This document shows positions 29,222 through 43,803 of a stretch of DNA of 64,000 nt, piece by piece. Both the position numbers and the translations under genes were made by a program. The notes beneath the pieces are model-generated. The model ran no database searches. It had not been told where the DNA came from and saw only the letters and a program-made list of their open reading frames with translations. This stretch comes from Eledone cirrhosa (taxonomy: Eukaryota): NCBI GenBank assembly GCA_964016885.1, contig OZ024754.1, positions 17,980,001 to 18,044,000 on the forward strand, read 5' to 3'. Every line of letters starts with the position of its first letter. The stretch's first letter is position 1.

Positions 29222-30332
29222 CTGAAAAACAGGAAAGAAACCAAAAACAAAACGAAAACAAAGGTGGGAGTGATCAAGCACAAAGGGTAAACAACATTGC
29301 AGCATTCACTAATAATTTAAATAAATAAAAGGATAAGGTTTTACAACAACAAAACTGACTAAACCTAGTGCAGTACTAACAACAATACTATGTGAACTAG
29401 TATGACACACATTTGCAAGTTTGACTTCTAAGCAATGATAATTATATTTTCTCAAACTGGAAAAAAAAAAGGCAAGAGCAAGGAAAAAAGTGAATTAAAT
29501 TTAAAAAAAAAACAAAAAAGACATTTAATAGCAACATCAGCTAGGTAAAAAAAATAATATATATATATATTAAAAAAAAACAAACTTGGGTTAAATATGA
29601 ACATAAATACCATGCAGGGAAGAGTACCAGAGGGTCATGGAAAGAAAATTGTTGACAAAAACACACCACCTTCACATGGGATTATCACAACACAGCTGGT
29701 AAATGTTTCATTAAGAGCAGTGAAGTGGTAGGTTTTATGTTAGAGGTTAGTGAAGAATTAAGTAACAAGGTATTCTACTGTTATATATATCAGACTAAAA
29801 GTTAGACACTATTCACAGGAGTCCATCCACTGATGGGGAAAAATTGGGAGTAATAATAATAAGAATAAAAAAAAAAGATACATTTAAAATTGAATTGAAC
29901 GAAATAATAAAAAAGATAAAGAAAAAAAGAGGAACTTATGAAAGAAAATATAAAAAGGTGCACTGCACCAGAAGCTTGTGTGAATAATCTATTATCCTTT
30001 GATCAAAATGATGACACCCCAAAAAAGTCAAATCCAGTTTGACCTTTGGTTTCTGTGGTCCCTTCAACAGTTTTTATTTATTTATTTTTTTTTTTAAACA
30101 AGTTTCACTTGGTAGCATTTGGAATATGTTTGAGGTGATTGGATCAGTGGCAATATAAAGCTACTGGATCTTTCTATCACCTCGAAGAGATGCTCATTAT
30201 CAGAGTCTTTCCTTCATTTATTAAACACCATCATCAATTACTCTCCGCTAACTGGATCCATTAGGGGGGGAAAAAAATCACACAGTAAAGGTTTTTCCAC
30301 TTTTTTTCTTTTTGTTAACAAATGAGAAACTA

Positions 30333-30728
30333 CTAAATTGAAGTCTCATGAATATTTGTGTTGGCAATGTCAGACTGACTGAAGGTCTTTGTCGGAGACT
30401 TTTTGCGGGTTTGGTTAACAGGCGCCAGTATGGGTGATGGTTGCTTAGCAACCAGAGGAACATTTTCAAATGACTGGCTTTTTGTCTTGAATGGCTGATG
30501 ATCAAGTGGAGTTATTGGAGTGGAGACAATTTCTGGGGTGTTAAGGTACAGGTTTTCTGGTGGACTTGATCGTAAATGGTGGTCATGGTGATAAGCTTCT
30601 TCACTTATGGGCCGAGGCCCAGGGTGGCTACGCGAACTACGTATGCTGTGTAAACTGTGGAAACTGTGAATGCTACGTTTTTCCTCAAGGTCTTCCAAAG
30701 TACTCTTAAACGCTCGCACTACCCGAAG
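30333..30728 (-). CDS. ATP2B: PMCA alternative last exon T1 (131 aa, ends ETSI)
   Basis: ttctgttgacag acceptor, then LRVVRAFKSTLEDLEEKRSIHSFHSLHSIRSSRSHPG...NIHETSI-stop. Completes the CaM-binding helix. The end resembles the ETSL/ETSV PDZ ligands of vertebrate b-type PMCAs. Confidence 0.9.
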   Translation of the reverse strand, partial: LRVVRAFKSTLEDLEEKRSIHSFHSLHSIRSSRSHPGPRPISEEAYHHDHHLRSSPPENLYLNTPEIVSTPITPLDHQPFKTKSQSFENVPLVAKQPSPILAPVNQTRKKSPTKTFSQSDIANTNIHETSI

Positions 30729-33583
30729 CTGTCAACAGAAGAAAATTAGTCAGCTATTTAGGTTAACATCTCAATGACAGCAGTAGTAGTAGCAGTAAAA
30801 AACTTAACAACTGAGGACTGTTCAAAGTTATCCATTTTTGATGGACCCTAACTTTTTTCCAGATGGCATTTCAAATTAGCCATGAATAAGTGGGATGTAA
30901 TAATTGGTAGGGAATAATGAATGGTAACTACAAATAAAAATGATACATCAGTTTTCTTGAAACATCATTAAAAGAAGGGAGTAGACAAATACTATTTACA
31001 AATACTAAAGATTCATCTATGTTTAGTAACTAACAAAATAGATATTTTTGCTTAAATGTTTCATTTAAACTTTAAAATATTTAAAAACTATTTTAATTAC
31101 ATATAATCACAGAAATTTAAAAAACAAAACACATCTAATTTTAGCCTTAGCATATCAGTACCATGGCTTTCGAAAGATTTAAAAATAATATGTGGCTAAC
31201 GTTAAACTTATTTTGAGTATTAAATATATATACAAATTACTGTTTTCTACAAATATCTCTCATTTCTTTCAGATTATTGGAATTTTAAGTTAAGGTTTAA
31301 GTAAATTTAATATGTTTAGCTGCATAGTGATAAGGAAAATTTTAATGTCACAATAATTCTACCAAACACATCTTTCTTCTGATATGAAGTTAATATATCT
31401 TGTGGAAATTTTAACTTCCTTCTACCAAACAAAGCTGTAACTATTCTGAACTACCACTTAAAACTGTCTTCACATACAAGATTTAATAAATTTTCTTAAT
31501 CTTGGTAATTTGTACAGCAAATTCCACTTAAATAATGTAAAAAAAAAAAAACCTCAACAAATGCCAACTTTTATTAAATTGTCATCTAATTTTGAAAGTG
31601 ATTTCAACAAATATAAAATCAAGACAAGCTATTTCATGTGAGTATGAAAGATTAGCAGCTAAATCTATAGATCCACAAAAATAACAGAAACTAGAAAAAC
31701 TTGATTATAAAACTAAGGCAAAGATTGTCATCAAAATCTTCAGTTAGAATCAGAATCAATAAAAAACATTTTTCTTTTAAATTATGAAGGGACTTAAATG
31801 CTAAATAATATTTTAAGTAAAAAGGAACACATACACTCCCAGTGAAGAATAAAACAAAGTACAACACAAAAATGAACCGGTTGGAAAAATATTAAATTTG
31901 ATAGATAGCATTTACATTACTCTATATATACTATTATATTTTCATGATAAAGGCTTTACCTCACATAATTATCTCGCATAATATCGAATCTGTGAAATTT
32001 TGATATTATTTATTTTGGGAACAATACCTTAACATCAGTATGAGCGGCTGGTTACAGCTGGTTTGAACAGAAAGAGCTGAGAGAATTCTGGCCGGATATA
32101 CCGGTTTAAATGCTAAAAGATTAAAAGTTGATTATATAAAATTGTATTTGGTAATCAACACTATTTTGCTTGGGTAAAATTTGAAGAAAACTTAGCATTA
32201 AATCATTTTGTAATCTAAATTTTGATTTCATTCAAAGCCTTCATAGAATTGTATTTTTCAAGATAAAACCATGTCAAGTTTAGTATTCTATTTGATAAAT
32301 ATATTCTTATGTTCTGAAATTAAAAAAAAAAGTTTTAAGTTGTATGATTTTGAGAGTTCATGAGAGATAAATTCTGTAGAATTAAAGCTCAAATTTAAAG
32401 ATTTAAAGTATATATTAAAGTAACTAAGCAATAATTATCTCTTTTTTAAAAACTGATTCATGTTCTCTCCTCATATTCTTCAGTCCGTGCTTCGACCTAA
32501 AACTACTAAATTGTATGCCATTTATTGACAACCCCACATTTCATTAAGTCCAACTGCACTGTGAACAATGGACCGCACTAGTATCAAGATTTCTCATCAT
32601 TCCCCTAATCTAATTAAATCTGAAACAGCAGTTTCTCCTCCTCTTCTTCTTCATCATCATCATCATCATTGATTGCCAACATCAAATCAACCTCTCATCA
32701 TCAGCTATCATGTTGTTGAAATGAACCACAAGCTTTCCAAAATGGCTGAATGAATACACACGTGTTTTTCCGTTCCTTCCTCTTCTCAATTTCTATCTTT
32801 CTATTTCATCTTTTATTTCTCATTCTATCTTCTGATAAATGAGTAGTGTCCGAAATATTAAAACTTTTCCTATTATACAAAGCATTAAACTATATTTCTT
32901 CATTGTACTGTGTTGTTTGCTTTGTTATTTCTGTTTATACCCCCCCCCCCCTCTCATGCATGCATTCTCTTTCCATTTACCCGTGTTACAGGTCAGTTAT
33001 TTTAGGTCTCCTTAGTAGTAAGGGACATATTGACTTAACACATGCTGACGATCCATAAGGCTGAATTGGTCTCCTCACTAATTTAGAGTGAAACATTCTC
33101 CTAGTGAGTCTGTATATGTGTGATTTTGTTAAAAGGTGGGTCATTTCATTTTAATTTATCCTTTTAATTATAATGTATTTCCCAAACCTTTTGTAGTTTA
33201 TATGTTTTTCATGCCAGTGGTAATATACCCCCTGTAAATGAAAACACATACACCTGTGTTTTTCCTCTCTATATTGTATTTTGAAGTGCCCAGGAATTTT
33301 TTCCTTTGAGCTCATTAAATTACAGGGATGAACGCGAGTCCTTTACTCTGTGGCTTTACTTGATATATATATATACTTAATATATATATATATATATATA
33401 TTAATATTATAGTTATAACATCAATGGTATACTGATTTACAGGTTGATCTGTAGCTCAATGCAGTAGGAGTCGTGCAGAGCTGTTATACATTAACATTTA
33501 AATGACACCAAAGATATAAACATTTTAAAACTAAATGCTTTAATCTTTGGTGTCATTCAAATTTTAATGTTTGTATGTGTGTG

Positions 33584-33630
<47 letters not shown>

Positions 33631-34599
33631 TCACACAAATATGAAATAGTTTTGAAGGAGTATGTGGTTATATTAATAGAGAATTGGAAGAAGAGTTTAG
33701 TTATTTATGAATGTGGATGAACTCCAAGAGAGGAAATAGCTCTAGTAAAATGATATTTATTATTATTATCATTAGACTCACAAATTAATATAAGGAATAA
33801 CAAAATGTTAGTTATTAGAATGTTAGTTATTAGAATATACAATTTGCAAAGAAATCTTTAAGCTGAAATATTTTTTGGAATGGTTCATGGTTTTGTTTTT
33901 CTTGCTAAGGAGTGTATGTTTAGTTATTATTTTTCTAGCCTTTTATTACATTTTTTCTCTCGCTTTTATATAGGAAACATCAGATAGAGATTTGAATAAA
34001 AGATAACCGGCTAAGCTGTAGCGAGGATTGAAAAAAAAAACAACAAATAAATCTTTCGTAATATTATTATAATAATTCCCTGTTTACAAATGGTTAAATG
34101 GAACAAGATAAGATTGGCATAATAACTATTGGTTTTATCGTTAGATAATGGGAGGGGATTTGAAAATATATATCGATTTGCTCACCACCACTGCAACCCT
34201 AAGTAGAATGAATAATTCTAGGTGTTGGGACAAGGTTAGACAAAGTTGAAGATACAGTTAAATAAAAAAAATATATATATATATTATTTTGAATTTTGCA
34301 CAAATGCTGCAATGGTTACAAATAAGAACCAGTTCCTGAAGAATTAATTGTTAACTAAATCATTAATATCAGTAATAATATTGCAATGTGTGGAAACTCT
34401 AATTAAATTGACGTCCCTCTTCCCAACAACTCTAGTCTTTCTTCATGTACATTTCGGGACAACTGCAGCATTGTAAGAGGTCTAAGGAAAAACAATTGAA
34501 AAGAATGTTTCCTTTTATAAGAAATTGTTTATCATAATTTAGATGTTTATTGTACGTCTTTTCCTTCACTGCTTGGGAAATACACATATATACGTGTAT

Positions 34600-35665
<1,066 letters not shown>

Positions 35666-36401
35666 TTTGTTTTTATTCATTGAAACCATGCCTGAACAGC
35701 ATGGTATTTTAGAAGCAGTTAAGGAAAACAACTGGTCATAAAAATCTAAACTATAATTGATAGTGTACCTAATCATTTCTGCTTTGTTTTTTTTTCCATC
35801 AAAACTTTTTTTTTACACAACATACGTAAAAATGTGAATATATTGATTATGTTTATGAAGCAGACTTAAATTCATATATAGCGACCATGTCATTTGTGAG
35901 GGTAAAAAGAAAAAAAAAATCATAATAAAAATGGTTGGAATAATCAGCCAATAAACCTTCAAAGTGATGAGACAGCACATTTTTGGTTGAGAGTTCAAAG
36001 GAACAGTTCCGTAAGTGATTGTGTACTGTCAGGAGTAAATTTTTAAAATGACCAGAGAACAGATTTGGACAACAAATTTTGGCAATAAAATAGGAAGCAT
36101 TCAAAAGATAACAGGTTAAGTCATGCAACATTACCAACAGTTTCCAGGATGAAAAAAATCAAATGATAAATTGGCAAACAAGGAGCCAAAAATGGTATGA
36201 AAATATATTGAGAGAGATATAGCGAAGTGTAACCATACGGAAAAAAGAATGAACAAATATGAAGTATTAGGATTTCGCTCGACAAAACCCAGTAGCTAAG
36301 AACTGTATCAAATAATATATCTTGGTACCAGAAGTTGTAAATGATTAAAAAAGAGAAAAGGAGAGATATAGAGGGGAAAAGAGAATGAGAGAGGTAAATA
36401 T

Positions 36402-36432
<31 letters not shown>

Positions 36433-38594
36433 GAAATAATGAGGAGGGTTGGGTAAAGATAGCAGATTAAAAATAACTGACTGAACTGATGGCCTTTTAT
36501 TGGTTATCACCAGAATAGATCAGAAAATCTTGTGAAAACATATAAAAGAGAAATTCAAATATATTTGCAATAAATAATATACATTCAATGAAAAACTAAA
36601 ATAACTTAGTTTTTAGACATTTCAGTAAATTATAGCTTGAATTTAGTGACTTGCAAAATGAGAAAGAATTAGATGAAGCCTATATACATATATATATGCA
36701 GAGAGTGCATATATATATGAATATGCACACACAGACACACACACACTTGTACACATATATGTATGCATGTGTGTGTGTGTGGCAGTGTGAGTGTGTGAGT
36801 GTATATGTGGTGTGTGCGTGGTGTATGCATATGTATATGTATCTGTGTGTGAGTGTGTAAAAGACTAACTGAATAATTATTTGTGATGTAATAGATTATA
36901 CCTTCACTGAAAACAAAAGAGGAACTGAAATTGGAAATACTTCTTACTAAACATTGAGCAGGAAAGAATGGTTAAGTCTGAAAGCCAATTTCTTGTTGAA
37001 GCTGAAGAGAATTGAAATTAAAGAAAAAGTAAAAAAAGTGAAAGAAAACAAATCTCCTTAAAGAATATTTTTTCTTTCAGTGAAAAAGGAAGAACTGGAC
37101 ATACCAGTACAAATGGAGCATTGCTAAAAACGGTCTCCTCGATGAAAGGCAGTCAAAGAATTGCCAATTTTATGATTATAGATAGAGCAACTTAATTATA
37201 TTTCAGGTAAAAGAAAAGAAAAGAAAACAAAAAATATTTTGTTCTGCAAATTTTAACTGCAATAAATTTTACTTTGATTAGAAAAATTATTATTCGATTC
37301 ATTCACACATTCACAAATTCATTCAAATTAAAAAAATATTTTTTCCATTAAAAAAACCCAAAAAACTTATTGTTATTTTTTCAAAAAGAAACTTGTGTTT
37401 AATATATTTCGAAAATAATGTTGGTGATAAATTCATGTATTGTTGGAAATGATACAAATATACAGTTGGGTGGTTACTTTTGTTCATGCCGTCTGTTTTA
37501 GTTTAGAAAGAGATTGTAAAAAAATATTGTGTTTTCTTTGCAATATAATATTAGTTAAGTAAAATGGCAAAAGTGTTTTTTATTATGTTAGCGTAATTTT
37601 TTTTCTCAATGTATATCTGAGCTACATTTAAAGGTAGGGACAGAAAGCTAGCATTGTTGTCACTGTGTTAAAATAAAATAGCTTTATAATTGCAATATCA
37701 AATCTACCATTTATAAATATTATTTCCTCAGAAATTCTAATTCTTAATATAAATATATGAATACTTATGAAATTGTGTGTGTATGAATGTGTGGTTTAAA
37801 TATCAAGTTAGTTTGCTGCTGCTCCTTCCTTTTACACTAGATTATTTCTGATCAAAGTTTCTAATATTTAATGAAAAGTTTTTAAAAATATATTATTTAA
37901 GCTGTGGCTAATAAATATTTTATATTATATAAGCCTAAGTCTGATTAAAGACAGAATTCAACATCTCAGGGTCTAAAATTAAGAGCTAAGTAAGTAGAAA
38001 AAAAAAAGTCAAGGTTCTCAAGGGAATATTCCCTTTCCCCCAAAAATGGTTATAAGTTTGAACAGTGACTCAAAAGATAACATTTCAAAATAAAAAGGGA
38101 CAAAGGAGGAGTAAGTGGTTACAGTTTTAAAATCATTAGTTTCAAAATGCAGCAACTCTCATAGTAAAATATTAGTATCATAAAACAACAACTTTAAAAC
38201 CTTTTTTAGTGGGCCAGCTCCCACTAGTTAAAAAGAAAAAAAATTGAAGAAATTAAGTAAAAGCAATTCATTTATTTGAAAATGACTACAAAAAAAAGAG
38301 TTCAAACATGCTTAATCTATGATAGAAAAGAAACAGAAAAACAAACAGAAATGTAGAGAAAGGTTCAGGATAAACACATGAAATGTTAGTGTTGAGGACA
38401 TTGACTGCCTTTGTGATTTCTATAATATATATATTTATGAGATGGTACTAGTTAAGACTAGTAAAACCTGTACAAGACAGAATACCTGCTGATCAAGTTT
38501 AAACTGTTTCGATGGCCGAATGGAAAATTAATCCAAATTAATTTCACATTTTGTCATTGCAATGGTTTAAGCTTGATTGTTGAGCATTCTGCCC

Positions 38595-38661
<67 letters not shown>

Positions 38662-38945
38662 ATAAGATGTTGCTAATCAAAAGACTAGTAAGACCATTAT
38701 TCAACGTAGCAGTCAATACATTAAAAGAAAGTAGAGAGCAGATGTTATTTAATACATGTAAAATTGACAGCCTAGCCTAAACTGTTTCAAAGTCTTCCAT
38801 TCAACCATCAAAATGATTTAAGCTTCACTGTTGGTTTACATGTATTATATATATAATATATATGTATGTATTATATATATATATGTGTTATGTATATTAT
38901 ATATATATATATGTATTATATATATATAATATATATATGTATTAT

Positions 38946-39034
<89 letters not shown>

Positions 39035-39090
39035 GTAATATATAATATATATACAAATTATATATATATATAATGTATATATGAATTATA

Positions 39091-39128
<38 letters not shown>

Positions 39129-39336
39129 TATGAATTATATATATATAATATATAAATCTATCTATATATATATCTACATATATATAATATATATATATAC
39201 ATATATATAATATATATATATCTATCTATATATATATAATATATATCTATCTATATATATATATAATATATATCTATATATATATCTATCTATATATATA
39301 TAATATATATCTATATATATATATAATATCTATCTA

Positions 39337-39368
<32 letters not shown>

Positions 39369-39389
39369 ATATATATATCTATCTATATA

Positions 39390-40221
39390 CGAGGTGTGTC
39401 AGAAAAGTTCCAGGACTGATGTCACAAAAGATTTATTTCAATCCCAAACTTCACACTAAGAGTTTTCCCCTTCAAAGTAATCCCCCTGGAGTATGTAACT
39501 GTAATCTTAGCTCTCTGCAGTGATCAAACTCTGTTTCAGGTCGTCAAGCAATGAGCACAGAGCAATGAACAAACTTGAAGTTTCTGGTACGGTTGGGGAA
39601 AACTCCATCAGAAACACTGGGATTGCTGCAGCAAGTGTATGGAGATGAGACGATGTCATGCTCACGTGTTTTTGAGTGGTGCAAGATGACCCCCAGGAGC
39701 GGAAGGCCCTCAACAACCAGGACTGAGGTCAACATTGAACGCGTCAGGCAGATGGTGCGTAGCGATCGTCGGCTGACTGTTCGACTGATGGCAAATGAGC
39801 TGGGCATGAATTGGGACACCGTCTGGAAGATTCTCAATCAAGATTTGGACATGCGGAAAGTCTGTGCAAAGATGGTGCCAAAACTGCTGAATGATGACCA
39901 GAAGGGTCGATGCATGCAAGTGTGTCTTGAAACCGAACCAGACTTGCTAGGGACAGTCATCACCGATGATGAGTAATGGATCTTCGAGTACAACCCGGAG
40001 GGGACCCGTTTTGAAGACGTGGACGACATCAAAAAGGTTGTGATGACGGAACTGTGGAGAATCCCGGAAGAATCCTTCCAGGAGTGCATGCAAGCATGGC
40101 AGAAAAGGATGGAAAAGTGCATTAGACTCCAGGGGTTGAAGGAGAAAACCCTTAGTGTGAAGTTTGGGTTTGAAATAAATCTTTTGTGACATCAGTCCTG
40201 GAACTTTTCTGGCACACCTCG
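39390..40221 (+). mobile_element. Internally deleted Tc1/mariner (mariner-type) DNA transposon
   Basis: TA on both sides. ~85-bp TIRs (cgaggtgtgtcagaaaagttccaggactgatgtcac... / ...gtgacatcagtcctggaacttttctggcacacctcg). ORF 39575-39976 has the HTH region, RSGRP, KMVPKLL and a TDDE first-Asp motif. Most of the catalytic core is missing, while the C-terminal remnant (GTRFEDVDDIKK...MEKCIRLQG) is kept. Confidence 0.93.
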
Positions 40222-40256
<35 letters not shown>

Positions 40257-40266
40257 TATATATATA

Positions 40267-41818
40267 TCATCATCATCATTTTACGCCCGCTTTTCCCTGT
40301 TTGTAAGGGAGGGACAGATCTTATCCAGCACAGCATCTCTGCACTTGCCATGGTCCTTCGTCATCTCAACCGTGAGCTTCAGCGATCTGAGATCTGTTCT
40401 CACCACCTCCGCCCATGTTTTTCGTGGTCTACCTCTACCACGTCTTCCTTCAACTAGCATTTCCTGGCACTTCTTCACCCATCGGTCATCCTCCATGCGC
40501 ATCACATGTCAATACCACCGCAGTCTCCTCTCCCACACACTACATTCTATCCTTCTCAGACACAGTTTCTCTCTCAACACATCCATGCTGGGTCGTTCAC
40601 GCACATTGACATTGCACATCCAACGGAGCATGCTTTCCTCATTTCTCTCCAGCTGTCGCAAATCCTCTGCAGTTGCTGCCTGTGTCTCACTACCATACAG
40701 CATCGTGCTCCTCACACAGGCATCATATAACCGGCCTTTCGTACGCAGGAGAAACCCTCCTTCGTCAGCAGAGGAAGCAGCTCCCTAAACTTCTTCCAGC
40801 CCGTCCTTATTCTAGATACTATGGCCTCGGAACACCCCCACCCCTCCCATGCTAATCTGATCTCCTAGCTACTGGAAGCTATCCACCACTTCTATAGCAC
40901 CCGCCTGCATTTGAAAAATGTGTCTATCAATGCGACTTCTACTGTCTAATTTCCCTGTAAATCTACTGCATACGTATTTCTCCCTACCTGTTAGTTTGCC
41001 TGCTATCCCACTACATCTCTTGTGTACCCAGGATCTGCATTGTGTGCATTTTATAGAATTTATGCCAGTTCCTTTTCTGCATATCGAACATGGCCATTTC
41101 CCTGACAGAATCAGAGTTTTGTCCTCTTTTCTACTTATCAACACTTTTGTCTTAGCTAGGTTCACTCTCAGTCCTCTTGCTGGAATACAATGAACAAGAG
41201 CGGGCTGAGGACTGAACCTTGATGTACTCCTAATTGTATCTGGAATTCCTCACTAAACTCCATTCCTACCTTGACTTTACTGACAGTACCTCTGTACAAA
41301 GTTTGCACTGTCCTCACAAGCCATTCCTCAAAACCTAGTTTCCTTAGGGACCACCAGATGACAGATCGGGGTACCCTATCAAAGGCCTTCTCTAGGTCAA
41401 CAAAGGCTAAGTATAGTGGCTTATTCTTCTCTAAGAACCTCTCTTGTAATTGTCTCACCAAGAAGAGGGCATCTGTTGTACTTTCCCCAGGCACAAAACC
41501 AAACTGCATCTCATCTAGTTTGACCCTTTCTCTAATTAGTTGTGATAATATCCTTTCTGCCACTTTCAGAACCTGATCCATCAGTTTTATACCCCTATAA
41601 TTGCTCCTCTCCAGAGCATCCCCTTTACCTTTGTAGCAATTATGAGAATACTGCTGTACCAGTCTTTGGGCATGACACCACCATATATAGCCTGATTGAT
41701 GATGCATGCAACCAGTTTAGTGCCTACGTCCCCTGATGCCTTCAGCATCGCAGCAACTATTCCCGATGGCCCAGCAGCCTTACCATTTTTCATTTCCTTA
41801 ATCGCCTCTTGGACCCTA
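40267..41818 (-). mobile_element. 5'-truncated, decayed RTE-clade LINE
   Basis: Broken RT frames (KAAGPSGI, NYRGIKL, QFGFVPG, AFVDLEKAFDRVPR, GVHQGSVLSPLLF), a WPCSICRKG...WVHKRCSG Cys/His domain, RRLRWY, GRRGRGRPRKTW and a (GAT)n tail. A deletion near 41170 removes the YADD region. Confidence 0.93.
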
Positions 41819-42124
41819 TATAATATATATATAATATATATATATATATGTGTGTATATATATATAATATATATATATGTAATATATATATAACATATAT
41901 ATAAATAATACATATATATTATATGTATATATATATAACATATATATAAATAATATATATATATATACTATATATATAGAATTATATATATAATATATAT
42001 ATAAATAATATATATATATAACATATATATAAATAATACATATAAAATAATATATATATACTATATACATATATATATAATACATATAAAATAATATATA
42101 TATACTATATACATATATATATAT

Positions 42125-42434
42125 ATATTTATTAAAATAACAGATTAAAGTTTAAGCAAAGAATCGCTGCTTTCACCCTTAACGGGATCTTCTGAAACTA
42201 ACAAAGTCAATCTGTAAACGCAGAACTGGATATTTCAAAAAACGTTGCAACGGAAGGAAGACAGGAAGACGATACTTTGGTTCGTGGAAACCTTCCTGTC
42301 TTCCTCCGGTTGCAACGTTTTTTGAAATATTCACTTCTGCGTTCACAGATTGACTTTGTTAGTTTCAGAAGATCCCGTTAAGGGTGAAAGCAGCGATTCT
42401 TTGCTTAAACTTTAATCTGTTATTTTAATAAATA
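42125..42434. repeat. Fold-back element (~140-bp arms); shorter family member at 17498-17737
   Basis: aaagaatcgctgctttcacccttaacgggatcttctgaaactaacaaagtcaatc... mirrored by ...gattgactttgttagtttcagaagatcccgttaagggtgaaagcagcgattcttt. Confidence 0.92.
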
Positions 42435-42642
42435 TTTGCTCTACGGTTCTTATATATTTGATATATATTTATCCTTATCGAGCCCTCTTTGGATTTTAGT
42501 CTTCAAATTTATTATTATTACTATATATATATATATATAAATATATAAATAATATATATATACTATATATATAAATATATAAATATATATATTTATAATA
42601 TATATATATTTAGCTATGTAATAAACAACATAAGATAATTAT

Positions 42643-42698
42643 TTCATATACCAGTGGTTTCTTGAAGACAGATGTATGTTTTCAGTCGTCAGAATGAA
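42643..42698 (-). ncRNA. Hammerhead ribozyme motif, inverted more degenerate sister copy
   Basis: Minus strand ttcatt-CTGACGA-ctgaaaacatacatctgtcttcaa-GAAA-ccactgg-TA-tatgaa. Mismatches in stem II and next to the cleavage site. Confidence 0.6.
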
Positions 42699-42931
42699 TA
42701 AAAAAAACATGGTGTTTTTATTAAATATGGATTTGAAAATAAAATCCAGGAAATATGAAAGTGAGGCTGAAAAAAACGGGCGAAAATAATATGTGTGTAT
42801 ATATATATATGTATATACATATCTTGTGTATTTGTTTATATTTAAGTTGTTTTTATTTTTTCTCCCCCACCCACACACTCACACCTATCGTTGTCAACAC
42901 GTCCCCCCTTCTTTTACTTTATTTTGTTTTT

Positions 42932-42967
<36 letters not shown>

Positions 42968-43204
42968 TCATCATTTCATTTTACGCCCGCTTTTCCCTGC
43001 TTACAAGGGTGGGACGGGAACTGATTCTGGCTTGATTTCTACAGCTGGATGCCCTTCCTAACACCAACCTCATTTACAGTGAGTGGTGGATGCTTTTTTT
43101 CCGTGGCGCCTACACGTCCACTTTACAGTGTGGGCTGGGTGCTTTTTTGCCGTGGCACCTCCACGACCACTTTGCAGTGGAATGATAGGGACCTCAGTCC
43201 TATC

Positions 43205-43323
43205 ATCTCATTTTTACAGCTGAGTAAACTGGAGCAATGTGAAATAAAGTGTCTTGCTCAAGGAAACAGCACATCACCCGGTCTGAGAATTGAACTCACA
43301 ACCTTTCGATTGCAAGGCCAATG

Positions 43324-43325
<2 letters not shown>
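43205..43325 (-). mobile_element. SINE fragment, same family as 51550-51830
   Basis: gaaataaagtgtcttgctcaagga...gaattgaactcacaacc is the reverse complement of the SINE head/core. Confidence 0.65.
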
Positions 43326-43389
<64 letters not shown>

Positions 43390-43742
43390 TTTTTTGTTCT
43401 TATTTATTTTTTTATTTAGTTATTTCTGCTTGCTTACTCCTTCCCAAATTTGAGTGTATATATCTGTGTATATGTATGTGTACGTATTTATGTTCCTGTC
43501 CATAATTCTTTGTAGACGCTAATACGTTTGTTTGAGTTTACGTCTACATACATTTTAGTATATCCGCGTAGTTGTGTGTATGTTTACGTTCTGGATATTT
43601 ATATTTTTATTCGTATATATATATATATATATATATATATTTTTTCCCTATTTCCTTTTCGCCAGTTTTTTTCAGCCTCACTTTCATATTTCCTAAATTT
43701 TATTTTCAAATCCATATTTAATAAAAACACCATGTTTTTTTA

Positions 43743-43803
43743 TTCATTCTGACGACTGAAGACAGATACAACATCTGTCTTCAAGAAACCACTGGTAAAT
43801 GAA
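43743..43803 (+). ncRNA. Minimal type-I hammerhead ribozyme motif
   Basis: ttcatt-CTGACGA-c-tgaagacagat/acaac/atctgtcttca-a-GAAA-ccactgg-TA-aatgaa: intact core boxes, 6-bp stem I, 11-bp stem II, short near-palindromic stem III. The stem II closing pair is C-A. Confidence 0.75.

Noticed and set aside
34444-34482. Possible short last exon after a tgtttttccttag acceptor (TSYNAAVVPKCT-stop)
   Set aside because: No CaM-domain similarity, and the surrounding sequence resembles a decayed repeat flanking the microsatellite.
40186-40788. 200-aa plus-strand ORF
   Set aside because: It is the antisense frame of the RTE LINE plus microsatellite.
42360-42405. Hammerhead in the 17.5/42.2-kb fold-back family (CAGAAGA...GAAA)
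   Set aside because: The core has CAGA instead of CUGA in all arms, and no convincing stems I/III.
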